Virus record (IMG/VR): IMGVR_UViG_3300031576_000002
Span: 124,001-188,000 of that record
Length of the DNA: 64,000 bases
Direction: 5' to 3' (one strand)
Shown piece after piece: positions 9,049 through 19,100 of the stretch. Under the pieces are notes generated by a model that saw nothing but the letters and a program-made list of their open reading frames with translations, did no database searches and had not been told where the DNA came from. Numbering within the stretch: the stretch's first letter is position 1; every line of letters begins with the position of its first letter. The position numbers and the translations under genes are program-made.

Positions 9049-10928
9049 AGGAGTTCCGACCAGCCTTCGCGCAAAGCTACATGGCGCAGCATTTCTTGAA
9101 GGCGATTCGTGTAGGTACAGTTAGCTTTCACGAATTCGTGCGCGGCGTCGCGAATTCGTAAGCGCTCGTCTTCATGAGCCAAGTAGTAGTCAATCTTGGC
9201 CTTGAGTTCATCCCATTGATTGTAGCGGTAAAAGACAATGGTCTTACCGTCTTCAAACTCTTCCTGCATGCCTTCAATAAAAGGGTGAATAATGAATCCG
9301 CCCCGCCCAAGAGTCTCGTAGACTCGGTCGCTCGTGTAGCGAGGATGATTGAATCCAGGACATAGTGTATCCCCCACTATGATCTTCACGCTCGCATACA
9401 GTGCATTCAGATCCTCGTTGCGCACAGCCGGCTGCCCAGGCTTGGGCCAGTACCGAAACTGTGGTCCGTACCAAGCTGTCAGGTTCTGCTTGATCTTCTG
9501 CCGATAGGGCAGCCACTCCGGATGGTAGTCGTCTAGCGCCCCGACAAAACCGACATCCGCTGTAAACCTACTGTCTGGGGCAGCCTTGTAACACTCTGGC
9601 TGGAAAACTCCAGCCCGCATGTGAATATGGTTGATACCTGCCAGCCTGAACTGATCCTCTGAACCTCCATCAGCCGTAAAGACGAATTTCGTATTCCAGA
9701 ATGGATCGCCCACGATCGAGTTCTGACGAGCAATTCCCCAGTACAAGTCAAGATGGTAAGAAGCCGTTGGCACGCCGACCGCGTGAAGATCACGGAAGAG
9801 CTTGTTTCCGTCTCCCGCAAAACCCCACGTCCGGGTGTAAAGCAGTAACCGTGTTCCAGTCTCTCGAACTCGCTGCCAGATCGTAGCCGCATCCACTTTG
9901 TTCTCTTGCAGCCGGTGGACGCGGTGCCCCAGCGTTTCAAGAGTCTGAGCTACATGATTTTCGGTCGAGTGCCGAGGCTCAAAATTGCCGATATAGGAAA
10001 TGTCCAACTGTTTTCCTCTTCGCGAACAAACGGCATCCATGAATGCAGCCGTTTCCGCCAGACTGCGCTCGGCTGTACTGAATCTCTGCTGGATCTTCTG
10101 CGCGGCCTCCTGCATGTTTTCCACCTGCTGATTACGACTTCCAGGTCGGCAGTGGGCTATATAAAGCGCTTTGGAGACAGGTTGAATGTCAGCACCGTCA
10201 AACTCTGCCTTTAGCCATAGTGCCCAGTCTTCCAGCGCGGCGTAGTCATCAAACCCGCCTAGCCGTAGGAATTGCTCACGCCGTATCATCGCGCCTATAA
10301 CGATGTAGTTACCGCTTAGAAGTGGACGCTTGCCTGCAATAAAGGGAGCGCCCTTCTTGTTATGTACTACCTTAACCAGAGACGGGTACCGCACATCTCC
10401 AGGTCCCGCAAGCATCTGCTGAATATACGCAGAATCAAGCTCATCGTCTGCGTCCAAAAAGATAAGCCACGCCGAAGTTGCTGCTTCTGCCCCTTTGTTA
10501 CGGGCAGTCTGAATGTTACTAGAATGCACACGGATGATCTCGTTCGGCTTGCGCGTCTGATTCTGCGCCGACAGTACCGCTCGCCCCGCTATCGCATTCC
10601 AGGTCGGCTCGTGCCCGTACGCGGCGATGATGACGGCAACTGTCTCTTCCGTAGGAGCATCCAAGCGCGTCACGGTCACGCGCGTCGCTTCAGGGGCGAC
10701 AGGTGGAACCGCTCCAGGCCGTACAGGCGGGATGAACGGCAGGCGGCCTTTAGGCGCTGACTTCGCCACACCTACGGCGATATTCTGAGCAGACTTCGCG
10801 GCTACATGCGCTTGGCGATCCGCTAGCAGTGCGCGGATCCTCGCGGCCTTGGCAGCGACCGCAGGAGATACGCCTCTACGAGTAGGAATGACAACGCCGC
10901 GCCGCGCCACGATTAGCTTTCTGCCCAT
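9045..10928 (-). CDS. GT2 domain fused to CgeB/Glyco_trans_1_2-type glycosyltransferase
   Basis: ARNKGA..WLIFLDADD, GGFDDYAALEDWALW; C-domain DVGFVG, RNEDLNALYASVKI, SDRVYETLGRGGF; basic Ala-rich N-terminal extension. Confidence 0.85.
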   Translation of the reverse strand: MGRKLIVARRGVVIPTRRGVSPAVAAKAARIRALLADRQAHVAAKSAQNIAVGVAKSAPKGRLPFIPPVRPGAVPPVAPEATRVTVTRLDAPTEETVAVIIAAYGHEPTWNAIAGRAVLSAQNQTRKPNEIIRVHSSNIQTARNKGAEAATSAWLIFLDADDELDSAYIQQMLAGPGDVRYPSLVKVVHNKKGAPFIAGKRPLLSGNYIVIGAMIRREQFLRLGGFDDYAALEDWALWLKAEFDGADIQPVSKALYIAHCRPGSRNQQVENMQEAAQKIQQRFSTAERSLAETAAFMDAVCSRRGKQLDISYIGNFEPRHSTENHVAQTLETLGHRVHRLQENKVDAATIWQRVRETGTRLLLYTRTWGFAGDGNKLFRDLHAVGVPTASYHLDLYWGIARQNSIVGDPFWNTKFVFTADGGSEDQFRLAGINHIHMRAGVFQPECYKAAPDSRFTADVGFVGALDDYHPEWLPYRQKIKQNLTAWYGPQFRYWPKPGQPAVRNEDLNALYASVKIIVGDTLCPGFNHPRYTSDRVYETLGRGGFIIHPFIEGMQEEFEDGKTIVFYRYNQWDELKAKIDYYLAHEDERLRIRDAAHEFVKANCTYTNRLQEMLRHVALREGWSELL

Positions 10929-11125
10929 CGCAGGTAGAGGTTATATTCGGCGCTAGTTCCGCTATAGATAGCGCGTTGCACGATCCGTGAAAGAATCACA
11001 TCCAGATCGTAGTGAGCGAGCAGATACTCTTCCGCCTCTTCCCGCGTTGAGAACGTCCCCACCCGCCGAAACAGCAGCTCGCTGAAGCGCTTCAACAGTG
11101 GCGCTGGACGGTAGCCCGCAGTCAT
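10913..11125 (-). CDS. Hypothetical protein
   Basis: 70-aa ORF with overlapping start/stop on both sides. Confidence 0.5.
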   Translation of the reverse strand: MTAGYRPAPLLKRFSELLFRRVGTFSTREEAEEYLLAHYDLDVILSRIVQRAIYSGTSAEYNLYLRWAES

Positions 11126-11358
11126 CGCTTTCGACGTTGGTTGATCGTATCGCGAAGGACATCGGCCACGTCCGCATGCTGCTCTTTGCGCGCCTTGATG
11201 CGCGGAGACCCACGTTCTCCCCGCTCTGGCAAGTTTGCAGGCTGGAAGTGATGCCCAACTGCTCTAGGCGTATTCCAGTTCTTGCACTCTTCCAGGATCG
11301 TGAGGCGGGCTACTTCGTTGACGGCCATGCCGAGATAGGTGAGATTCGTGCGGCTCAT
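11122..11358 (-). CDS. Hypothetical protein (start revised to ATG 11358)
   Basis: GAGG SD upstream of MSRTNL; the longer track ORF overlaps the Nudix remnant. Confidence 0.5.
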   Translation of the reverse strand: MSRTNLTYLGMAVNEVARLTILEECKNWNTPRAVGHHFQPANLPERGERGSPRIKARKEQHADVADVLRDTINQRRKR

Positions 11359-11371
11359 TTCCACTTTGACC

Positions 11372-11473
11372 TCAAAGCAAGTTGTTAACGGCGTAGGCGA
11401 CACCAGAATGGAGCGAACTGGGCAGGCTGTCAAGCTCAAACCACCCCCAGTCATCATTTTTCTTTTTCTGCAT
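11372..11473 (-). pseudogene. Displaced second copy of the Nudix gene 3' end (33-aa mini-ORF)
   Basis: MQKKKNDDWGWFELDSLPSSLHSGVAYAVNNLL vs Nudix C-terminus NSEWGWFSPEALPSPVHPNVKALL (N, WGWF, LPS, H, V shared); ATG overlaps the HNH stop (TGATG). Confidence 0.8.
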
Positions 11474-12033
11474 CAACCCGTCTGCTTCAATTTTAACGCT
11501 CTGTACCTAGCTCTTTGCCTTTGCTTAGCCTTTTCCCGAAATTCTGCACGGGTCTTGTACCATCGGTTTTTCTTATCTCTATCCCACTTTCTTACTTTTT
11601 CACGATACGCAGAATCTGTTAAAAACTTCTCTTTACGATCTGTACGAACTCTAGCGTTCCAGCAAGCAATGCAAGCTCTTCCGCCACTAACTGCGCGCAC
11701 ATTAGACCCTTCAAGCCTGTGCAAACCTTTCAAGCACATATTATTTAAGTGCGCTATAATAAAAGGATTCCTCCCTCGGTGACAATTTTCTCTCGGAGTT
11801 ACCGGCTCTAAGTGCTGCGGGTTTACGCATGCTGGAACTCGGCATAAATGGTCTATTTGAAGATTTACTGGAATCGGTCCCACCTGGACGGTGTAAGAGT
11901 AACGGTGTGCCCACACTGCTGTACCGTTTACAGAAGTTTTTCCGTAACCCTTTACATTAGTAGGACCTTTCCATAGCCAGCATCCGTCCGATTTCCGGAC
12001 CCTCGCCCAAAACCTTTCTTCCGATTCTGTCAT
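11473..12033 (-). CDS. Free-standing HNH homing endonuclease
   Basis: CWLWKG..GYG, AHRYSY..GPIP..IDHLCRVPACVNPQHLEPVTPREN; AT-richer than flanks. Confidence 0.92.
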   Translation of the reverse strand: MTESEERFWARVRKSDGCWLWKGPTNVKGYGKTSVNGTAVWAHRYSYTVQVGPIPVNLQIDHLCRVPACVNPQHLEPVTPRENCHRGRNPFIIAHLNNMCLKGLHRLEGSNVRAVSGGRACIACWNARVRTDRKEKFLTDSAYREKVRKWDRDKKNRWYKTRAEFREKAKQRQRARYRALKLKQTG

Positions 12034-12500
12034 AAGAGCGCTTTTACATTTGGGTGCACAGGAGATGGCAAAGCCTCTGGACTAAACCACCCCCACTCAG
12101 AATTTTCCCAGTTTAGTGCTACATTGCGCGACATCGCTTCCGCAGCGCCTTCTTCCACTTCGACCAGATAAGTAGTGTATGCGAAACCGCCGGAACGATA
12201 TACCGTCTCGCCCGCTCTATGCACTTCTGGCAGCCCGCCAAGCTCTTCCTCCGCTTCTGAAATTGCGCCTGCCCACTCGCTCTCACCAGGTTCTACTCTC
12301 CCGCCGGGAATGCCCCAGAGCCCTGGATCCATCACGTCTTGCGAGCGCTTCACGAGCAGGATTCTACCATCGCCTCGCCGGATCAAAAGTCCGGCTGCGC
12401 GCTTGCCCCACCGCACACGACCTTCCTCGTCACGAGAAAGCTCGCCGCCTTCATCGCGCGGAGCGCCCCACTTGCGTAGAATGGCGACTACTGGCGACAT
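12030..12500 (-). CDS. Nudix hydrolase
   Basis: Nudix box GGRVEPGESEWAGAISEAEEELG (RE replaced by SE); ILLVKRS..GLWGIPGG. Confidence 0.9.
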   Translation of the reverse strand: MSPVVAILRKWGAPRDEGGELSRDEEGRVRWGKRAAGLLIRRGDGRILLVKRSQDVMDPGLWGIPGGRVEPGESEWAGAISEAEEELGGLPEVHRAGETVYRSGGFAYTTYLVEVEEGAAEAMSRNVALNWENSEWGWFSPEALPSPVHPNVKALL

Positions 12501-13486
12501 GCCTGTCTCACCAAGAACCTGCCTGTCCGATCTCCAATCGTGAGCGTCTCTTCCTTGAATCCGTAGGACTTAGCCAAGTTTTTGTAGTAGATCGTGACTT
12601 TGTTTGCGTCCAGAGTAGGATCCCGCTGCCGCAGCGTCTCTTCCGTGTGGATCGCAACTCGATCAATTCCTTTCGATCTCGCCCACTGAAGCAGCGTCGC
12701 CATGCCTTCTTCAGCCCAGTCTGCAAAAAGTGAGAGCGCGTACCGCTTCATCTTGTCCAGCTCTTCGATCGTCAACCCTCTTCGCTCGAACTCGGCCTTG
12801 GTCGCTCCGAACCGCCACGGCTCCACCTTCTCCAGCACTTGCTCTCGGACCTTCACGTTCTCAATGCTCTCGACGAATTCCTCGTACGTCTCGTGCGTCA
12901 AGATCGTCTTGGCCTGATCGAACGCTGTGAATACGTCGCCCTGGATTTCGTCTACCAGGAGAAGATCGTTACTGACCTTGTCCAGCCGGATCCAGCCAAC
13001 AGTCTTCTCTCTAACCGGATGCTTGGAGTAATGGCTACCCTTGTAGATCACGTCAAGGAATTCCTCGAACTCTTCGTACTTGGCGACTAGCTCATCAAGA
13101 TGCGCGGAACGATTGATCTGCATGACGATCTGCTTCGCATCCCGGTAGCTAGTCTCGGGATCGTGATACTTGCCGTAGGATACTTCGTACCTTCCCGGCT
13201 CCAGGTGCTCTAGGTAGGCTTCAATATCTTCGCGCTTCACAACAGGCTGGTTTTTTCTCAGATCTGTGAGCTGCTGTGTATACCTCTGCGAGATGCTCTG
13301 GAACTTGCGCTGGAACTCCCGCCAAGGAAGTTGGTCGAGGTTTTCCCGCTCGTACACTCCAAGAACGTAGCGCAGAGAATCTTCCAGCCGGGAGAGCGTC
13401 TGCTGGGGAACGTCTTGGCCCCGGCGCTTGAGCCTAGTTGGAGTGCTCCCGCCTAAGCATTGAATGGCTTTACGCAATCGTTCCAT
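12488..13486 (-). CDS. Hypothetical protein with GNAT-like DEIQ(S/G)D module (start revised to ATG 13486)
   Basis: HPVREKTVGWIRLD..LVDEIQGD..LLQWARSKGIDRVAI..YYKNL..YGF; homologous to two modules of the 1156-aa ORF. Confidence 0.7.
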   Translation of the reverse strand: MERLRKAIQCLGGSTPTRLKRRGQDVPQQTLSRLEDSLRYVLGVYERENLDQLPWREFQRKFQSISQRYTQQLTDLRKNQPVVKREDIEAYLEHLEPGRYEVSYGKYHDPETSYRDAKQIVMQINRSAHLDELVAKYEEFEEFLDVIYKGSHYSKHPVREKTVGWIRLDKVSNDLLLVDEIQGDVFTAFDQAKTILTHETYEEFVESIENVKVREQVLEKVEPWRFGATKAEFERRGLTIEELDKMKRYALSLFADWAEEGMATLLQWARSKGIDRVAIHTEETLRQRDPTLDANKVTIYYKNLAKSYGFKEETLTIGDRTGRFLVRQACRQ

Positions 13487-13487
13487 A

Positions 13488-13823
13488 TCAGTAAACCGTA
13501 TCTCTTTCTGCGCGGCGGTATTGCGATTCCCAAGAAGTCGCCCAGATGTCGTACACATTCCTGTGACAGTGCGGATGGATCCAGGCGTACTGCAAAGTTT
13601 TTGTGTGCGGCTTTCTACAGATCAAGCAGTTAACGACTTTGGGGAAAGCACGAGGTTTCAGGGGTTTCTTGAAATTCCGCGCAATGCTCTGCGCGACCTT
13701 ACGAGCAGCTCTCTTGCGGCACGTCCTCGTACAACGCTTAACGGCAAAGCCTGCCTTGAACTTCTTCCCGCACATATCGCACACCTTCGTGTAGAGCGGG
13801 CGCTTCTTTTTCATCGGCGTCAC
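13488..13823 (-). CDS. Basic Cys-rich zinc-finger-like protein
   Basis: CDMCGKKF..CTRTC and CLIC..HPHC. Confidence 0.6.
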   Translation of the reverse strand: MTPMKKKRPLYTKVCDMCGKKFKAGFAVKRCTRTCRKRAARKVAQSIARNFKKPLKPRAFPKVVNCLICRKPHTKTLQYAWIHPHCHRNVYDIWATSWESQYRRAERDTVY

Positions 13824-13906
13824 TTTAGAGCGCGCAGCAGCGGACTGTCAGAACCGTCTTTGGCCTTTAGCGCGTAGTCTGGGTCGCAGTAAAAGGAGTA
13901 GTTCAC
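13820..13906 (-). pseudogene. Displaced second copy of the glycoside hydrolase 3' end (28-aa mini-ORF)
   Basis: (V)NYSFYCDPDYALKAKDGSDSPLLRALK vs GH C-terminus GYGLVGGADGDSQLLAELR; GTG overlaps the HNH stop and TGA overlaps the next start. Confidence 0.6.
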
Positions 13907-14493
13907 TTCTCCGAGAGTTTAAGCAGTCTACGCTTTTTCTTGTTTTTAACGGCAATAAATAGCTTATTATTTTCATAGTAGAGCTTAGAGGCGGCTCTTG
14001 CCTTTTCCCGGTAGACAGGGTCTTTAGCGTACCTCTCGCACTTTCTCGCGGCACTAGCCTGCAACCAGGCGTCCGTGCTTTTCTCGATCCGATCGCGCTC
14101 TGTACGACAGGCAATACAGGTCCTACGGCCTTGGTACCAGTATACGTTAGCACCTTCTAGCGCGTGCATACCTTTTTTACAGATATTGGTACGGTGTACA
14201 ATAGCCGAGGGGGCTTTCCCGCGCCCTATATTCTCTGCCTGTGTACACACCTGAAGATGATCTGGATTCACGCAGTCCCTCCGACCACAAACCATGTGAT
14301 CTATTACTAAGCCCGGTGGAATAGGCCCCATGAACATTTCCCACGCTACTCGATGCGCTCCAACCGGCCTGCCATTCTTAGAAAACTTTCCGTAACCTAA
14401 AGCCTTAGACCCGCTCCACAGAAGACAGCCTTCTTCGGACTCCTGGATATAACTCAAGAAGCGTTCTGCAAAGTTAGTAAGCCGTGGAGCCAT
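13903..14493 (-). CDS. Free-standing HNH homing endonuclease
   Basis: GCLLWSG..GYGKF, AHRVAW..GPIP..IDHMVCGRRDCVNPDHLQVCTQAEN. Confidence 0.92.
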   Translation of the reverse strand: MAPRLTNFAERFLSYIQESEEGCLLWSGSKALGYGKFSKNGRPVGAHRVAWEMFMGPIPPGLVIDHMVCGRRDCVNPDHLQVCTQAENIGRGKAPSAIVHRTNICKKGMHALEGANVYWYQGRRTCIACRTERDRIEKSTDAWLQASAARKCERYAKDPVYREKARAASKLYYENNKLFIAVKNKKKRRLLKLSEK

Positions 14494-14515
14494 TTATACC
14501 GTCCGGAGCAGCCGA

Positions 14516-15391
14516 TTAGGGCGCCCTACTCGTAGCTCTAAGCTCAGCTAAAAGTTGAGAATCACCGTCTGCTCCGCCTACAAGTCCGTAGCCGTTTTCT
14601 TCACGCCAGGCATACCACGTCCACAAATCCACTTTCACGCCCAGCCGTGCCCACACGGCGGGCGTCTGCCGGAAGTAGTCGAGATGCTCGTTGCGCTTCG
14701 GACGGCCAAATTCGGTCACCCAGACTTGTTTGCCCTTCTTCCACACATCGTCCACCAGCTCGGCAACCGCAGGCACCCTTTCCCATGAGTCCCCGTACAC
14801 ATGCAGCCCGAACACATCTACCAGGTCAAGACCTCCTCTTTTCACAAACTCTTCATTCAGCCGTAACTTTCCTTCATAGGTCGGTGGAAGCGTTGCCGCA
14901 GAAACGAGTAGTTTCCCCGGCGAGCGCCTGCGTATCTCAGGAGAGATCACACGCAACCAGTCTAGGTACTCCCCAAGTGACCAGCATAAAAATCCTGCCG
15001 CACAGTTGTCTACTTCGTTTTCAAGTTCCCACCCTATCACCCGGCTGTCGTCGCGAAATTTGTCCACCAGTGTAAGATCTGTAGAGGATGTAAGGATCAA
15101 CAAGAATCTGGCATTCAGTGGAGAGTTTTTTACCAGTCTTTCTACGAAACTCTCTGTATCTTTTGGAACTTGCATGCGAATCATCGAAGCGACTGCCATG
15201 ATAGCTGGAACATCTTCTGGTAGGGCTCCACTAGGGTGCAGGTGAATCCCCCGCTGCTTGTAGCTCAGCAGCGGCTGCTCGTCCGGGGGCACGAGAATAT
15301 CCGCAAGCTCAGCACAAGAAGCTGTCAGCGCAAGCGCGGTCAACAGAGATAGGAAGCGCTGCAAGGATCGGCCTTTCGGGTAAGTTGACAT
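14516..15391 (-). CDS. Clan GH-A glycoside hydrolase, predicted lipoprotein
   Basis: Lipobox-like LALTASC; acid/base WELENEV; FGLHVY; nucleophile VWVTEFG. Confidence 0.82.
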   Translation of the reverse strand: MSTYPKGRSLQRFLSLLTALALTASCAELADILVPPDEQPLLSYKQRGIHLHPSGALPEDVPAIMAVASMIRMQVPKDTESFVERLVKNSPLNARFLLILTSSTDLTLVDKFRDDSRVIGWELENEVDNCAAGFLCWSLGEYLDWLRVISPEIRRRSPGKLLVSAATLPPTYEGKLRLNEEFVKRGGLDLVDVFGLHVYGDSWERVPAVAELVDDVWKKGKQVWVTEFGRPKRNEHLDYFRQTPAVWARLGVKVDLWTWYAWREENGYGLVGGADGDSQLLAELRATSRAP

Positions 15392-15403
15392 TTTCAGGAT
15401 TCT

Positions 15404-15411
15404 TACTATAC
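15404..15411 (-). promoter_or_regulatory. GTATAGTA -10-like box
   Basis: Upstream of the GH gene; one of at least 8 copies. Confidence 0.6.
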
Positions 15412-15532
15412 TACTCTCGTGGAACTAGATCCAGAAGTTCTCCAGGAGATCGCTGAGCGCGCTGCTCGAATCTCTAGTCGTGCTCGGTCCATCAATGCCC
15501 GTCTCACTCAGGTAAACGCCAAGGTGGAGGCG

Positions 15533-15721
15533 CTAGCCCTCAAAGCCTCGGTACGTCGTGATAACCTTGAGCACCTCCTCGACGTTCGAGACTCGAAGGT
15601 CGATCCGCTCAAGGTCCGCGTCTAGCGTCCTCAAGACGCTCAAGACGTTGCTCAAGTCGTCCTCACTTACCGGCGCATCTACGGCAGTCAGCAGGCTCAG
15701 GACTGCTTGGATCTCTTTCAT
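15533..15721 (-). CDS. Small coiled-coil hypothetical protein
   Basis: 62-aa heptad-like ORF coupled (ATGA) to the upstream stop. Confidence 0.5.
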   Translation of the reverse strand: MKEIQAVLSLLTAVDAPVSEDDLSNVLSVLRTLDADLERIDLRVSNVEEVLKVITTYRGFEG

Positions 15722-16186
15722 CGTCGCTCCCAGCCGGGCCGATACACTACGTTGATCTGGCTCGCTTCAATCTTGCCAATGTAGATTGCAGAGTAGGCTC
15801 CGGTTTCATCATCAATGGCAGAGTTCCAAGATACTCCCGCCGCCTTTACCTGTTCAAGTATCTGCTCCCCGTTAAGGATTAAAAAATCTCGAATATCGTA
15901 TTGGGGCTCCTCTTCCCCAAAGACCTTCTCCCAGAGCGCAGAACCGCCCACGTTAAAATCTGGAATAAGCCGAGTAGCGTCTACTTCAACTTCAAGTACG
16001 GCAGCGTCCTTACCCCCCCGCACTAGAATACGCTCTAGCCCAGTGTTCGGCAGCATCCGGGTCGTCTACAAGAAACGGGTAGTACAGTCCTTTTTCTAGT
16101 TTCTCGTCGAGGAACTCTTCTCTGACGCCGTGATAGAGCGTAACCGTTCCGGCCAGGAGCTTGATGGATTGGCGGAGAGCACTCAT
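15718..16186 (-). pseudogene. ADP-ribosyltransferase-like gene split by a +1 frameshift at a G7 run
   Basis: VTLYHG..L..GL..PFLVDDPDAAEHWA..AGG(stop) continues as KDAAVLEVEVDATRLIPD in the +1 frame; run at 16013-16019. Confidence 0.55.
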
Positions 16187-16194
16187 ACACTGGC

Positions 16195-19100
16195 TCACCA
16201 GATCCGGGTTTCTATCCCGCTCGGCACGACCAAGAATGCGCGGAAGGGAGGACGCCCAATGCGGGCAGCCAAACGAGAAATCTTACTAGCAATCTTCTTC
16301 TGCCAGATACGGTACGTGTGCTCTTGCTCCTCTTCGTCACCACGCGGAACGAACGAAATCTCTCCCGGCTGGAATCCCATCTGCTGCGGCAGCTTCTCGT
16401 AGTAGCGCCGCACCTTTCTACTCTTTGGCATTCCACCCTCGGAGAGAAGGCCGCCGCGCGTAATGCGCAAAGTATCGTCCGTAGCAAGGTAGAGCATCTT
16501 GACGCCCTTCTCCCTTGCGGCCTCAGCAACGGCTTGAATGAGTGCGTACTCCCACTGCCCCAGCACTTTCTCGATCTGAGGCTTGACCTTGCGGTACATC
16601 GCACTAGGATCGGCTACATCTTGCCCCTTCTCCCAAAGTGTAGGCCAGCCTTTCGGCAAGTCCCTTGAATCATCTGCGACACCGGCTAGCACCTCGTCGA
16701 GCTTCAAAAACTGCTCGTACACATCCGACTGAATCTCGTCCACAAACCATTCCGTATCCGAGAGTGGGTCTATTCTCGCCCAGCCGATCGTCTCTTGACT
16801 CCGCACGGGATGACCCGCGTAAGTGCCCTCTTTCAGCAGGTACTCCATGACTTTCCGAGCAGGTGGCGTCATGCCCTCCAACATCTCTTCTGTCATGTCC
16901 AGGCGGAGAACGGTCTGCCTGACGTTCCTAGATCGCTGGAGTCCGGTCCAGCCCTTGTAAGAAACATCGAACGTATTGCCGGAGCTATCCAGGTAGGCTT
17001 GGATCGACTGCGTGGTGACGTTGTTGCCTTTGACAATACGATCTTTGAAAGACCAGTTCTCAATCCATGGATAGCGCTTCTTGATCTCCCGGAATGGAAT
17101 CGCACCGCCTGCCACTTCTACCTCTTTGAGAAGGGTGCGGAGGAATTCTTTTCCGGGGACGTACTCCACTTTTGAAGATGCTGCACCTGCACCGCCTATG
17201 GTCGCGGGCAGGAATGGATGCTTGCTCCTTAAACTGTTGTACTCCTCTTCTATGTGCTCTACGACATCGTCGAGTCCTGGCGCCAAAGCTGCGGATGAGT
17301 CCAAGATAGCGTGAGCCGCTGTAAGCAGCGGCGGAAGCGTGTCAAAGTGCTCGCATAGACTGCGCAGCTTCTCGTATTTCACGGGGAGTACATCGCCCAA
17401 TTCCTCGTCTAGCTGTTCCAGCAGTGATTCGACAGCAAAATCATGAGCCAACCCTCTGAGCCAGTCGCCCTGGCTGTCGCGTATGAACTTTTCTAGGTCC
17501 TCGTCACTGGCATAGTCGCCAATAAAAGCCGGCCATTCATTGCTGAATTCCTTGACCCAGTCAACATTGTAGCCTTTCGATAACCACTCCATCGTGCTGA
17601 CAACGCCGTAATTAGCGATCTCCTCCTGAAGCGACTCTCCTTCTAAAAAGTTAGCCTTCGCAGAAGGATCCAGTTTACCAAAAACTTTTTCTACGTCATC
17701 GGCGCTCACACGATTCTTAGCGAAGAGGTACTCGTAGAATCCCTCTAGCGCTCTTGCGTCTTCGGCCAGACTGTTATTTTCCGCGTACGTCTTATAGTCA
17801 GACTCGTCCATGTCTTCTACACGGCTCCGCACTTCCTGTTCAAAGTTGTCCTCTACAAGATCCTCGCTCGGATCCTCCATTCTGTACTTGCCCGGCTCTT
17901 CTTGGCAGAAAAGATCATAAAGATAGTCGTGGACTTCCGCGACAAAAGCTTGCTGGCGACGAGTCTCTTCCTGCTGCAAGCGCTCCTGCTCCGCAGGATT
18001 AAGCGGAATCAGTTCCAGTTGCCGCGAATCCGTCGGTATAAGGGGCTCGTACACAGGCGGCTGAAGATCTTCCTGCCCAAGAATGCCAAGCGCTGTCTTC
18101 AAGCGACTGGCGCCTTTACGGGCGCCCAAATCTTTCACCCACAAGTCCGCGTACACTTCCCCGTACAATTTGATCGGGTCTTCAATTTTCTTGAAGCCCT
18201 CTTCTGCGGGCAGCTTCTCGTAGAAGCGCTCCAGCGTCTCGTCTGATGCGCCGCCCCACCGATTCGCCTGGATCTCTGCATTCGTCCAGATCAGATAGCG
18301 AATGTTGTTACGCCGTGCAGCATCCTCCAAGTAATCAATAACCATATCGGTCCAGTCGGAGAATCGGTTAATCAGCGCATTTACAATCCGGTGGACTTTC
18401 TGCTTGCTCAGTTTGTAATCCACCGCCAACTTGCCAATCACTTCTTTATCGAGGTAGCGGTAGATGCTGCGCATGAAATCGCTTTGAATGTTCTCCACCA
18501 CCCACGCCTTGCCAGATTCCCCCACGCTCGGAACAGCAATCCACTCGGGTTCACCATCGATGCGGATGTAGGCAATGGCTTCGCCGTAGTGACCTGGCAA
18601 ACTTTGGCCGTACAGCTTTCGCGCCAGCACCCATCCCGGTTCGCCCGCAATCTGTTTTCCGTCTGCGACAACTGCATTCCAGATTTCATCGGTAGGGTAG
18701 AACGCAAACGTATAGGGCACGTCTGATATTGTAGCGCCCTTGTACTCCTTCTCGCCGCGCTCGACATGAAATGTCATCGGATCTAGGCGCGCTACCGCTT
18801 CCTGAAGCTCGGCTACGGTCGCCTCTGTTCCAATCCGTGCGATAATGTCGCGCCGGATGTAACCCGGCACGTTGCGGAGCAAAGCCTCGATGTCACTCTG
18901 GATGAGCTGTTCATCGGGAGTCCGGCCCTCAAGCTGCTTCTCTACTTCTTGCACACTACGCGGAAGGTGGTCGGCGCTACCGGCATGGTCAATGTCTATT
19001 TCTTCAATTCTTGCTTCTTCTGCCTCATCGCGCTTCTCTTGCGCGATCTCCATGAAACGCTCAAGAGTGGGAATGCCGCGGTTGGAGTAGCCTTGCGCCA

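Noticed and set aside
15419-15625. Plus-strand coiled-coil gene from a bidirectional promoter
   Set aside because: It overlaps the coupled minus-strand ORF 15533-15721; cannot be resolved from sequence, so left uncalled.
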